In this document: positions 24,070 through 35,475 of the stretch, piece after piece
How the letters are laid out: each line of letters starts with the position of its first letter
Numbering within the stretch: position 1 is the stretch's first letter
Assembly (NCBI GenBank): GCA_964016885.1
Contig: OZ024743.1
Location: 102,176,001 to 102,240,000 of the forward strand
DNA length: 64,000 nucleotides
Direction of reading: 5' to 3'
From: Eledone cirrhosa
Lineage: Eukaryota
Program-made: the position numbers and the translations under genes
Notes under the pieces: generated by a model
What the model was told of the DNA's origin: nothing
The model's input: only the letters and a program-made list of their open reading frames with translations
Database searches by the model: none

Positions 24070-26677
24070 TTATACTTCTCTTAGGTCAGTGTTGTTTGTT
24101 TGGGTGTTGTTGTTGTTCCACTCATTCTTTCTGTTTAGCTTTGGTCTTCTAATTTCTATTTCACTGGCCTCTCTGATTTGCCTATCTGCTGGGTCATTCC
24201 TATGTTTAGATATTATTCTAATTTCTATGTTGTCTATGTTACCGTCATGATGTTGTCTAGCATGTTCGTATAGTACTGACCCGTTTTTTCGTCCTTTTAG
24301 TTCCCCCCAGTGTTGGTCTATCCTTTCACCTATGCTACGAGCTGTCTCACCTATGTATGTTGTTGTCGTGTTTCTGCAAGTACCCTCTGTACATCTTATG
24401 CTATAGACTACGTTTCTAGTTTTACAGTTTATCCGGGGGTTCACCTTACATATGATACATTTCCTATTGGTACAGTGGGTTTTCTTAAAAGGGTAGGTTT
24501 TGCTGATCAGGGATTTTATGGTGGTTCCTGGCTTTTCTACCACCTTTATTTTTAAGTGGGTCTTTCTCAGGGCCTTTCTACACTGGTTAGCTAATTTCCC
24601 TCCAGGGGTGGCGTCCACAAACATGACACTCTGATATCTCTGGTTGTCGTACCATGATGTGGCCTTCCCTATCTTATGTCTAGCCCTATCTAAGCTATTC
24701 CATGATTTGCTCCTGTATAGTGGGCAAATTCCTTTCATGTCCAGTTCTATGAGGGTCTTATACTTTTCCATGGCTCCTTCGTATACTCTGACTCTGTCTC
24801 TTTGGTTGTAGCCAGAGAACTGCATGCGGTTGATGAAGTGTTGGATGTGTCCTTCCATTTCTGTTGGGTCGCACATGCTGGACACATTCTTCATCACTCG
24901 TACCAAATCTGCGATCAGAATATTAAACTTAGCACTACTGGACATTGCTGAGTTTTTGAGTATCAGGTATTTGGAGGCCATGGGTTTAGCATAGTGTGAG
25001 TGGAGAATTTGGGCTCTCTCGTCTATAGTGTTAATCCAGAGTTCTGTGTCTAATACAGGTAGTCTATTGTTAGGGTGTTTGGAAGGGAAGTCTATAGTTA
25101 CAGTTATACTCTGGTGTATGGAATTAGCTATCTGCTGGATGCTTTCCATCGTGCTACGTTCTAAATCAAACTTGTTAGTGCTCTCTAGTGGGGGTGTTCT
25201 TATAACTATATTGATATCGTCTACATAACGAGAGTACATGATGAGGTCTATGGAGCTTTCATTAAGGAGATCTTTAAGTCTCCTTTCCCACCATACCATG
25301 AAAAGGTTGGCAACATCGCCAGCTATGCTGACGCCGATGGCTGCTCCCTCATTTTGGGTGTAGATTTTCTCATTGAACTTAAATATGTGGCCCTTTAGGG
25401 TAGTTTTGATACTAGCCCCTATTGCATGTGCGACCATTTTTCTTACCTGATCAGTGTTTTGGGGGGTCCGTATAGCTTTGGTCCACCCAATCCACCTTCC
25501 TATGGGAGTCTTTTTAGCCATTGAGGTTATGGTGGGGGGTCTACCTCTTATAGGTCTACTAGGGCAGAAACATCTAAGGTCATGGCTGTCTAGGTAGTCA
25601 GTGTCGTAGGTAAGTCTAAGTAGGAGGCCCAGTTCGTCTGTGTCGACGTCGCAGAACTCCACCTCACTCTCAATGATCATCTCCACACATCTTTTCACAG
25701 CAAAATCAATGTTAATGGATGGGTACAGTGACACCACATCCATGCTGCCTATTATGCAGTTGGATAGGCTCCTGTTTTTGTTGCACTCACTGATTCTGCT
25801 GAGGAGGTCCTCTGTACTTTCACATACATCTGGGGACATCTTGATTATGGGGCGTATAACCATTGAGAGGAAGTAGGAGATCCTGTAGTTGCTAGCTATA
25901 TTAGCTCCGCATACAGGTCTTGTTGGTGGTCCTATTGTCGGGTCGTCGACTGTCTTGTGGTCTTTGCGGAGCCCATACAAGGGTGGTATGCCATTGTTAG
26001 ACGCCTGGAAGTTGTTGGCAGTGCGTCTGCTTGGCTTTAGGATGTCAGTCCACATCATCATGTGAGCGTTGAGGATTTTTTCTCTCCCATCGTGTGTTAG
26101 TTGTGCAACTTCGCTCGTGTTGGTGATGTGGGGTTGCATTGCCTCGATGTAGTTCGGCATGCTATCTATTGACATCCTACCAGACTTATCTGTGGGTAGA
26201 CACACTACCTCACCATCCCTTGTGCGCTGCTTGAGGCTAACCAAGCCTTCTACAGGTTTTATCCCAAGTTGTTGGGCCTCTGGTCTGCTCTGTCTCATAG
26301 TGTACCTGTCTACTACTTGTCTAATCTTATTTCTAGCTATGGTGAACTGTGCCTCCGTCTCGTCATCTATTTGTTGTGGTATGCAAACTCTTTTATTAAA
26401 GGGTAACCTCGTAGGATAGATATTACCCATCTTATATGTTTTGTCAGCTGGGTTGAAAAATAGTTTCTCTAAGGGGTTGTCGTTATTTCTATCGTCATAG
26501 TTGTGTGTGTTGCTATTATTGTTATCATGGTGGTTGTTGTTGTTTCTATCCTTAGCATTAATATTATTATTGTTATGATTGCTAGATGTATTGTTGTTTA
26601 CTTCACCGTTATTGTTGTTGTTACTGCTATTTCTACCATTGTGGTTGTTACTATTATTATGTTTCTTGTTTTTGTTG
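24070..26677 (-). pseudogene. 5'-truncated copy of the PLE ORF (begins inside the Asn-rich tract; RT and EN uninterrupted)
   Basis: 786-aa ORF identical to the C-terminal part of the 1210-aa protein; truncated at the inversion junction. Confidence 0.9.
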
Positions 26678-27222
26678 ACGCCACCCCTGGAGGGAAATTA
26701 GCTAACCAGTGTAGAAAGGCCCTGAGAAAGACCCACTTAAAAATAAAGGTGGTAGAAAAGCCAGGAACCACCATAAAATCCCTGATCAGCAAAACCTACC
26801 CTTTTAAGAAAACCCACTGTACCAATAGGAAATGTATCATATGTAAGGTGAACCCCCGGATAAACTGTAAAACTAGAAACGTAGTCTATAGCATAAGATG
26901 TACAGAGGGTACTTGCAGAAACACGACAACAACATACATAGGTGAGACAGCTCGTAGCATAGGTGAAAGGATAGACCAACACTGGGGGGAACTAAAAGGA
27001 CGAAAAAACGGGTCAGTACTATACGAACATGCTAGACAACATCATGACGGTAACATAGACAACATAGAAATTAGAATAATATCTAAACATAGGAATGACC
27101 CAGCAGATAGGCAAATCAGAGAGGCCAGTGAAATAGAAATTAGAAGACCAAAGCTAAACAGAAAGAATGAGTGGAACAACAACAACACCCAAACAAACAA
27201 CACTGACCTAAGAGAAGTATAA
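26673..27222 (+). pseudogene. 5'-truncated PLE ORF, endonuclease portion only
   Basis: Identical to ~30813-31358 (DATPGGKL…DLREV*). Confidence 0.9.
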
Positions 27223-27495
27223 ATAAATAAGTAAATTAAATTAAATAAAATAAGATAAATAAATACATACACAAGCACATAAACACACACTAGTCACCCA
27301 GCAGACAACACTATACACACTAGTCACACATCACACATCACACATAACACTATACACACACGCAAACGCATGCGCAAAGAAGACAAAATAAAATAAGATA
27401 AACAAACAAGCAAATAAATAAATAAATATATAGACAGACTGAACAAAAAAAAAAATGGCGTAGACATACAACACAACAGGAGGAACAATGAATAT

Positions 27496-27545
27496 AACAC
27501 CACTGACGATGTTGCAGATGTGCAACGAAAGATTTATGTAAACTA
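27496..27545 (+). ncRNA. Hammerhead ribozyme core in PLE pseudo-LTR
   Basis: CTGACGA-t-GTTGCA-gatg-TGCAAC-GAAA (27503-27530); stems I and III not confidently assignable. Confidence 0.65.
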
Positions 27546-27639
27546 TATATATATGTGTTTGTCTATATTGTATCTGTATTATTTTTGACCGCCGGTCAGT
27601 CAATGGCAACATTGAGGACCGAGTAAGTTAGATCGCAGA

Positions 27640-27690
27640 TATATATATATAAAAGACAGCGAGAAGCGAAAACCAACCAAACAGTGAGTG
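27640..27690 (+). promoter_or_regulatory. Putative TATA box/initiator of the PLE pseudo-LTR promoter
   Basis: TATAAAAG at 27648-27655, CAGT at 27682-27685, ATG at 27726. Confidence 0.45.
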
Positions 27691-27725
27691 TGTTCTGTTA
27701 TTAATTCTGGCAATATTACGCAAAT

Positions 27726-30700
27726 ATGACCCTCCCCAAATATAACAATATCTGTTTCGACACACGATTTCATATAAAAAACCTCGCAAAACTAATTCAT
27801 CGCCGCTATGGCATTAGCTTGTGCCAAGCTGAAAGGTTATTGAAAGACACTGTTTTCTGTTATATAAAAACTACAATAACAACAGAACAAATCCGCTTCT
27901 TAAAACACTGTGTTTCCTCCAAAACATACACAACAAACATATCAAAACAAGTAAATAATTTATTATTGAACAAAACACAAGCTGAACGGCTAAAACACAC
28001 AATAACAGTTAATATGAAAAGAACAACATACACAAAAGTCAACGCACTCTACAGACAAAAACGCATCAACGGTAAGGAAATCCGAAATCTCATCACAGCA
28101 AACGAGAGAGATGACTTCATGAGCGTCATCCGACGCGAAACGAAATATGCTCAAAACGAATGCTGTAGGCATTTCAAGAAGAAATTAGAATGGATGAATA
28201 AGAAAAAACTACAAGAAAGGAAAATCGAATATTCTCAAAAATACCCAGATAACATCGACAACATCCGTATGAGTGATGTAAAACTACCGGAAGAATTTAC
28301 CAATGACCACACAGTAAATATCTATGGGAACACTTTAATCAGTGAACAAGAACAACAAATCCTAAAGTTACCACCAAAATTTGCCATCTACAAAAAGATT
28401 AATCCTATGGAATGCAAAACGGAGCTGGAAAAGTGTTTCACAAAAATACGTTGGAATGCAAAGGTAAACAACAACAACAACAATAATAACGGTAGTAGTA
28501 ATATAAACAATAACTCTGGGTATAGAAATAACAGCCATAACCATAACAATGGCAGGAAAGTGAGAAATAGTGATAATGGTAATAATACTAGCGATAGACA
28601 GAACAACAACAACCACAATAATAATAATAATAGAAACGTTAACCACAGACACAGCAACAGTGACCACAGTAGTAATAACGGTAACAATACGAACAACAAC
28701 AACAACAATAACCACAGTGGTAATAATGGAAATAGTACATGTAGCAACATCAACAAAAACAAGAAACATAATAATAGTAACAACCACAATGGTAGAAATA
28801 GCAGTAACAACAACAATAACGGTGAAGTAAACAACAATACATCTAGCAATCATAACAATAATAATATTAATGCTAAGGATAGAAACAACAACAACCACCA
28901 TGATAACAATAATAGCAACACACACAACTATGACGATAGAAATAACGACAACCCCTTAGAGAAACTATTTTTCAACCCAGCTGACAAAACATATAAGATG
29001 GGTAATATCTATCCTACGAGGTTACCCTTTAATAAAAGAGTTTGCATACCACAACAAATAGATGACGAGACGGAGGCACAGTTCACCATAGCTAGAAATA
29101 AGATTAGACAAGTAGTAGACAGGTACACTATGAGACAGAGCAGACCAGAGGCCCAACAACTTGGGATAAAACCTGTAGAAGGCTTGGTTAGCCTCAAGCA
29201 GCGCACAAGGGATGGTGAGGTAGTGTGTCTACCCACAGATAAGTCTGGTAGGATGTCAATAGATAGCATGCCGAACTACATCGAGGCAATGCAACCCCAC
29301 ATCACCAACACGAGCGAAGTTGCACAACTAACACACGATGGGAGAGAAAAAATCCTCAACGCTCACATGATGATGTGGACTGACATCCTAAAGCCAAGCA
29401 GACGCACTGCCAACAACTTCCAGGCGTCTAACAATGGCATACCACCCTTGTATGGGCTCCGCAAAGACCACAAGACAGTCGACGACCCGACAATAGGACC
29501 ACCAACAAGACCTGTATGCGGAGCTAATATAGCTAGCAACTACAGGATCTCCTACTTCCTCTCAATGGTTATACGCCCCATAATCAAGATGTCCCCAGAT
29601 GTATGTGAAAGTACAGAGGACCTCCTCAGCAGAATCAGTGAGTGCAACAAAAACAGGAGCCTATCCAACTGCATAATAGGCAGCATGGATGTGGTGTCAC
29701 TGTACCCATCCATTAACATTGATTTTGCTGTGAAAAGATGTGTGGAGATGATCATTGAGAGTGAGGTGGAGTTCTGCGACGTCGACACAGACGAACTGGG
29801 CCTCCTACTTAGACTTACCTACGACACTGACTACCTAGACAGCCATGACCTTAGATGTTTCTGCCCTAGTAGACCTATAAGAGGTAGACCCCCCACCATA
29901 ACCTCAATGGCTAAAAAGACTCCCATAGGAAGGTGGATTGGGTGGACCAAAGCTATACGGACCCCCCAAAACACTGATCAGGTAAGAAAAATGGTCGCAC
30001 ATGCAATAGGGGCTAGTATCAAAACTACCCTAAAGGGCCACATATTTAAGTTCAATGAGAAAATCTACACCCAAAATGAGGGAGCAGCCATCGGCGTCAG
30101 CATAGCTGGCGATGTTGCCAACCTTTTCATGGTATGGTGGGAAAGGAGACTTAAAGATCTCCTTAATGAAAGCTCCATAGACCTCATCATGTACTCTCGT
30201 TATGTAGACGATATCAATATAGTTATAAGAACACCCCCACTAGAGAGCACTAACAAGTTTGATTTAGAACGTAGCACGATGGAAAGCATCCAGCAGATAG
30301 CTAATTCCATACACCAGAGTATAACTGTAACTATAGACTTCCCTTCCAAACACCCTAACAATAGACTACCTGTATTAGACACAGAACTCTGGATTAACAC
30401 TATAGACGAGAGAGCCCAAATTCTCCACTCACACTATGCTAAACCCATGGCCTCCAAATACCTGATACTCAAAAACTCAGCAATGTCCAGTAGTGCTAAG
30501 TTTAATATTCTGATCGCAGATTTGGTACGAGTGATGAAGAATGTGTCCAGCATGTGCGACCCAACAGAAATGGAAGGACACATCCAACACTTCATCAACC
30601 GCATGCAGTTCTCTGGCTACAACCAAAGAGACAGAGTCAGAGTATACGAAGGAGCCATGGAAAAGTATAAGACCCTCATAGAACTGGACATGAAAGGAAT

Positions 30701-31358
30701 TTGCCCACTATACAGGAGCAAATCATGGAATAGCTTAGATAGGGCTAGACATAAGATAGGGAAGGCCACATCATGGTACGACAACCAGAGATATCAGAGT
30801 GTCATGTTTGTGGACGCCACCCCTGGAGGGAAATTAGCTAACCAGTGTAGAAAGGCCCTGAGAAAGACCCACTTAAAAATAAAGGTGGTAGAAAAGCCAG
30901 GAACCACCATAAAATCCCTGATCAGCAAAACCTACCCTTTTAAGAAAACCCACTGTACCAATAGGAAATGTATCATATGTAAGGTGAACCCCCGGATAAA
31001 CTGTAAAACTAGAAACGTAGTCTATAGCATAAGATGTACAGAGGGTACTTGCAGAAACACGACAACAACATACATAGGTGAGACAGCTCGTAGCATAGGT
31101 GAAAGGATAGACCAACACTGGGGGGAACTAAAAGGACGAAAAAACGGGTCAGTACTATACGAACATGCTAGACAACATCATGACGGTAACATAGACAACA
31201 TAGAAATTAGAATAATATCTAAACATAGGAATGACCCAGCAGATAGGCAAATCAGAGAGGCCAGTGAAATAGAAATTAGAAGACCAAAGCTAAACAGAAA
31301 GAATGAGTGGAACAACAACAACACCCAAACAAACAACACTGACCTAAGAGAAGTATAA
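27726..31358 (+). CDS. PLE polyprotein: reverse transcriptase + GIY-YIG endonuclease (intact, 1210 aa)
   Basis: Translation identical to 19933-23565(-). Confidence 0.95.
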   Translation: MTLPKYNNICFDTRFHIKNLAKLIHRRYGISLCQAERLLKDTVFCYIKTTITTEQIRFLKHCVSSKTYTTNISKQVNNLLLNKTQAERLKHTITVNMKRTTYTKVNALYRQKRINGKEIRNLITANERDDFMSVIRRETKYAQNECCRHFKKKLEWMNKKKLQERKIEYSQKYPDNIDNIRMSDVKLPEEFTNDHTVNIYGNTLISEQEQQILKLPPKFAIYKKINPMECKTELEKCFTKIRWNAKVNNNNNNNNGSSNINNNSGYRNNSHNHNNGRKVRNSDNGNNTSDRQNNNNHNNNNNRNVNHRHSNSDHSSNNGNNTNNNNNNNHSGNNGNSTCSNINKNKKHNNSNNHNGRNSSNNNNNGEVNNNTSSNHNNNNINAKDRNNNNHHDNNNSNTHNYDDRNNDNPLEKLFFNPADKTYKMGNIYPTRLPFNKRVCIPQQIDDETEAQFTIARNKIRQVVDRYTMRQSRPEAQQLGIKPVEGLVSLKQRTRDGEVVCLPTDKSGRMSIDSMPNYIEAMQPHITNTSEVAQLTHDGREKILNAHMMMWTDILKPSRRTANNFQASNNGIPPLYGLRKDHKTVDDPTIGPPTRPVCGANIASNYRISYFLSMVIRPIIKMSPDVCESTEDLLSRISECNKNRSLSNCIIGSMDVVSLYPSINIDFAVKRCVEMIIESEVEFCDVDTDELGLLLRLTYDTDYLDSHDLRCFCPSRPIRGRPPTITSMAKKTPIGRWIGWTKAIRTPQNTDQVRKMVAHAIGASIKTTLKGHIFKFNEKIYTQNEGAAIGVSIAGDVANLFMVWWERRLKDLLNESSIDLIMYSRYVDDINIVIRTPPLESTNKFDLERSTMESIQQIANSIHQSITVTIDFPSKHPNNRLPVLDTELWINTIDERAQILHSHYAKPMASKYLILKNSAMSSSAKFNILIADLVRVMKNVSSMCDPTEMEGHIQHFINRMQFSGYNQRDRVRVYEGAMEKYKTLIELDMKGICPLYRSKSWNSLDRARHKIGKATSWYDNQRYQSVMFVDATPGGKLANQCRKALRKTHLKIKVVEKPGTTIKSLISKTYPFKKTHCTNRKCIICKVNPRINCKTRNVVYSIRCTEGTCRNTTTTYIGETARSIGERIDQHWGELKGRKNGSVLYEHARQHHDGNIDNIEIRIISKHRNDPADRQIREASEIEIRRPKLNRKNEWNNNNTQTNNTDLREV

Positions 31359-31631
31359 ATAAATAAGTAAATTAAATTAAATAAAATAAGATAAATAAAT
31401 ACATACACAAGCACATAAACACACACTAGTCACCCAGCAGACAACACTATACACACTAGTCACACATCACACATCACACATAACACTATACACACACGCA
31501 AACGCATGCGCAAAGAAGACAAAATAAAATAAGATAAACAAACAAGCAAATAAATAAATAAATATATAGACAGACTGAACAAAAAAAAAAATGGCGTAGA
31601 CATACAACACAACAGGAGGAACAATGAATAT

Positions 31632-31681
31632 AACACCACTGACGATGTTGCAGATGTGCAACGAAAGATTTATGTAAACTA
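31632..31681 (+). ncRNA. Hammerhead ribozyme core, second plus-strand copy
   Basis: Same sequence at 31639-31666. Confidence 0.65.
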
Positions 31682-31879
31682 TATATATATGTGTTTGTCT
31701 ATATTGTATCTGTATTATTTTTGACCGCCGGTCAGTCAATGGCAACATTGAGGACCGAGTAAGTTAGATCGCAGATATATATATATAAAAGACAGCGAGA
31801 AGCGAAAACCAACCAAACAGTGAGTGTGTTCTGTTATTAATTCTGGCAATATTACGCAAATATGACCCTCCCCAAATAT

Positions 31880-31930
<51 letters not shown>

Positions 31931-31964
31931 TATGTATATGTATGTACATATACATATGCTACGG

Positions 31965-32050
<86 letters not shown>

Positions 32051-32076
32051 ACAAATATATGTGTGTGTATATATAT

Positions 32077-32264
32077 AACAAAGCAAGTGTGATAAAGAAC
32101 CAGGTCGACCATAACCCACCGGAGTACTCGATACTTAGGATAGTAGAGTGGGTAATAGGAAAAGAGCCAGGACCCCGACGGCTGAGCTCCGGTCGTTTCG
32201 ACAGCTAGATCTGAACTAGTTGTCGAAACGGCCGGAGCTCAGCCATCGGGGTCCTGACTATTTT

Positions 32265-32270
<6 letters not shown>
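32077..32270 (-). mobile_element. Short (TA)n-flanked terminal-hairpin element, second copy
   Basis: Arms ~32155-32208 / 32216-32269; homologous to 1593-1785; contains GAAACGGCCG. Confidence 0.65.
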
Positions 32271-32326
<56 letters not shown>

Positions 32327-32427
32327 AAATTAAGATAAATCAAAGTGAATTAAAACTTGTAAAAATTATCCCGTGATTGTTTCATATGTTTATTTATATG
32401 TTAATCAATTTCTAGTTGTTATATATA

Positions 32428-32518
<91 letters not shown>

Positions 32519-32595
32519 AGATTTGAATGGATACAGTTTAGTTGAAAGGAATTTATTGACACGTGTTTCTATAACAGTTACATTACCTAAAACAG

Positions 32596-32681
<86 letters not shown>

Positions 32682-32690
32682 TATATATAT

Positions 32691-32723
<33 letters not shown>

Positions 32724-33372
32724 ATAAGGAAAAGCGAAGTAGTTTCAGGTGTTCAAGTCTTCTAATAATAATATTGTGATATATATTTCAATGGCGACAG
32801 TGTCCACACTGTTCTGTGTGCCAGTGTCGCGACATCGTCAGACAGCTTGTTACATAATAAGGTTATGTTTCCGAGGCAATCCAAATTGAATCGACATGGG
32901 AACGGACGAAGTGTGTGCTTTTGGGTTCTTCATCCGTTCCTCTGTGAGTATCAATTCACCCCCACCGGTCTGCGCAGGTCCAGAGGAAGTTGACCATTAG
33001 TTACCGCAGATTTCAACGAAATTCGCTTAGTCAGTTCCCCTCTCAGCCAAACAATGACCCATTCAGGCCTGTGCCATAGTTTACTGCTACCCATCCCGTC
33101 TGTGGCAGTCAGCCGAAAGCCAGAGGGGATGGGAGAGTGTTAGTATCTACAGGTCACAATACTACCTCTCACCAAGCATGGACAGTACAATTGACCATCA
33201 ACCCCTAAGAGAAAATATACTTAATTCTAGGTATCATGATTTCACATTGGAAGTTATGAGTGAGTGTTGGAAATAAAAATAAAAATTTAAAATCGAAAAT
33301 CCTAAATCAAATATCAGAAAATTATAAATTAAAAAATTAAAACATATCTCTGCATATTATTTACTCACTTCA

Positions 33373-33554
33373 GGGCGGTGGATTGGCAGAGTTGGTAGAG
33401 GGTTGGACATGCTTTCCAGCATAGTTACGTCCCTTTACGATCTGAGTTCAAATCCCGCCAAGGTTAACTTTGCCTTTCATCCTTACGAGGTTGATAAAAT
33501 AAAGTACCAGTAATGTACTGTGTACTTGCTGGCCTTGTGTCGAAAGTAGAAACA
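33373..33554 (+). mobile_element. tRNA-derived SINE, full length
   Basis: A/B box-like head; 17-bp TSD ATTATTTACTCACTTCA (33356-33372, 33555-33571). Confidence 0.92.
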
Positions 33555-34244
33555 ATTATTTACTCACTTCAATCTATATATTTTTTACTCACCTCAATCC
33601 AGATTCTCACCTGAACATTTTTTTAATTTCTAATTGTTAATTTTTTAATTTTTTAATTTTTTAATTTATAATTTTCTGATATTTGATTTAGGATTTTCGA
33701 TTTTAAATTTTAATTTTTATTTCCAACTCTCACTCATAACTTCCAATGTGAAACCATGATACCTAGAATTAAGTATATTTTCTCTTAGGGTTTGATGGTC
33801 AATTGTATTGTCCATGCTTGGTGAGAGGTAGTATTGGGACCTGTAAATACTAACACTCTCCCATCCCCACTGGGTTTCGGCTGACTGCCACAGACGGGAT
33901 GGGTAGCAGTAAACTATGGCACAGGCCTGAATGGGTCATTGTTTTGGCTGAGAAGGGGAACTGACTAAGCGAATTTCGTTGAAATCTGCGGTAGCTAATG
34001 GTCAACTTCCTCTGGTCCTGCGCCTGCGCAGACCGGTGGGGGGTGAATTGGTTCTCACAGGGGAACGGATGAAGAACCCAAAAGCACAAACTTCGTCCGT
34101 TCCCATGTCGATTCAATTTGGATTGCCTTGGAAACAACTTTATTATGTAACAAGCTGTCTGACGATGTCGCGACACTGGCACACTGAACAGTGTGGACAC
34201 TGTCGCCATTGAAATATATATCACAGCATTATTATTAAAAGACT

Positions 34245-34279
34245 GGGTAATTGCTGACCTTGTGCCTAAAGTAGAAAGA
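34245..34279 (+). mobile_element. Extremely 5'-truncated SINE (~35 bp)
   Basis: SINE tail flanked by duplication ATTATTATTAAAAGACT (~34228 and 34280); absent from the left foldback arm. Confidence 0.85.
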
Positions 34280-34406
34280 ATTATTATTAAAAGACTTGAA
34301 CATCTGAAACTACTTCACTTTTCCTTATTCAATATTTACTCCATCACTCCTATGTGGAATAAGTACGTTGAGTGGTTGAATTGAATTGCCTCAATGTTTA
34401 CCCTAA

Positions 34407-34443
<37 letters not shown>

Positions 34444-34444
<1 letters not shown>

Positions 34445-34629
34445 CCAAAGTTTATATGGTTCGTTGATTATTCAACGAATACGATTTTACAATATATTAG
34501 AAGCACTCGCCAAATTTTTCTGGAATCTGAAGAAAACGGACTGAAACCCCATTGTACTTTTGAAATATGTATAATAAAATATATATTTTGGTTATGAGAA
34601 TATTTTTCATTTATTAATATTTTGAATAA

Positions 34630-34633
<4 letters not shown>
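34444..34633 (+). mobile_element. (TA)n-flanked PLE-like terminal remnant with degenerate hammerhead-like core
   Basis: CTGAAGA-9nt-GAAA-7nt-GTAC..TTGAAATATgTATAA, parallel to 1401-1450. Confidence 0.45.
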
Positions 34634-34720
<87 letters not shown>

Positions 34721-34831
34721 GACGACGGAAAGAAATGAGTACTTAATACTGAAGTAGACCTTACGAATTTATTTTACTAAGTGAGTCTTGTTAGATACAC
34801 CGACACACAGAGCACATATATATGTATATAT

Positions 34832-35475
<644 letters not shown>

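Larger units (their letters stand above)
27223..27725 (+). repeat. PLE pseudo-LTR/UTR (other copies 31359-31861 +, 23566-24069 -, 19430-19932 -)
   Basis: 503-504-bp segment between the stop codon and the next ATG, present four times. Confidence 0.9.
19361..31888. mobile_element. Penelope-like retroelement, composite tandem plus inverted insertion (4136-bp unit)
   Basis: Minus arm 26677->19361 (~1.8 units) and plus arm 26673->31888 (~1.3 units) joined at their truncated 5' ends; both 3' ends run into (TA)n; the protein copies are identical. Confidence 0.97.
32721..34330. repeat. Large foldback: ~620-bp inverted arms with SINE insertions
   Basis: 32721-~33340 is the reverse complement of ~33650-34330 with scattered mismatches; no transposase ORF. 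Confidence 0.9.

Noticed and set aside
26503-27222. 239-aa ORF with hydrophobic N-terminus fused to GIY-YIG
   Set aside because: Accidental read-through across the inversion junction; the hydrophobic part is antisense of the Asn tract
27621-27690. GTAAGT and GTGAGT donor-like motifs in the pseudo-LTR (PLEs can retain introns)
   Set aside because: No convincing acceptor or branch site identifiable without transcript data
19361-31888. LTR retrotransposon, Polinton or selenoprotein-encoding Naiad interpretation
   Set aside because: No gag, protease, integrase or polB; the endonuclease is C-terminal and the ORF has no in-frame TGA
33373-33460. tRNA gene-like A/B boxes
   Set aside because: SINE heads; no cloverleaf, and each is followed by SINE body and TSD
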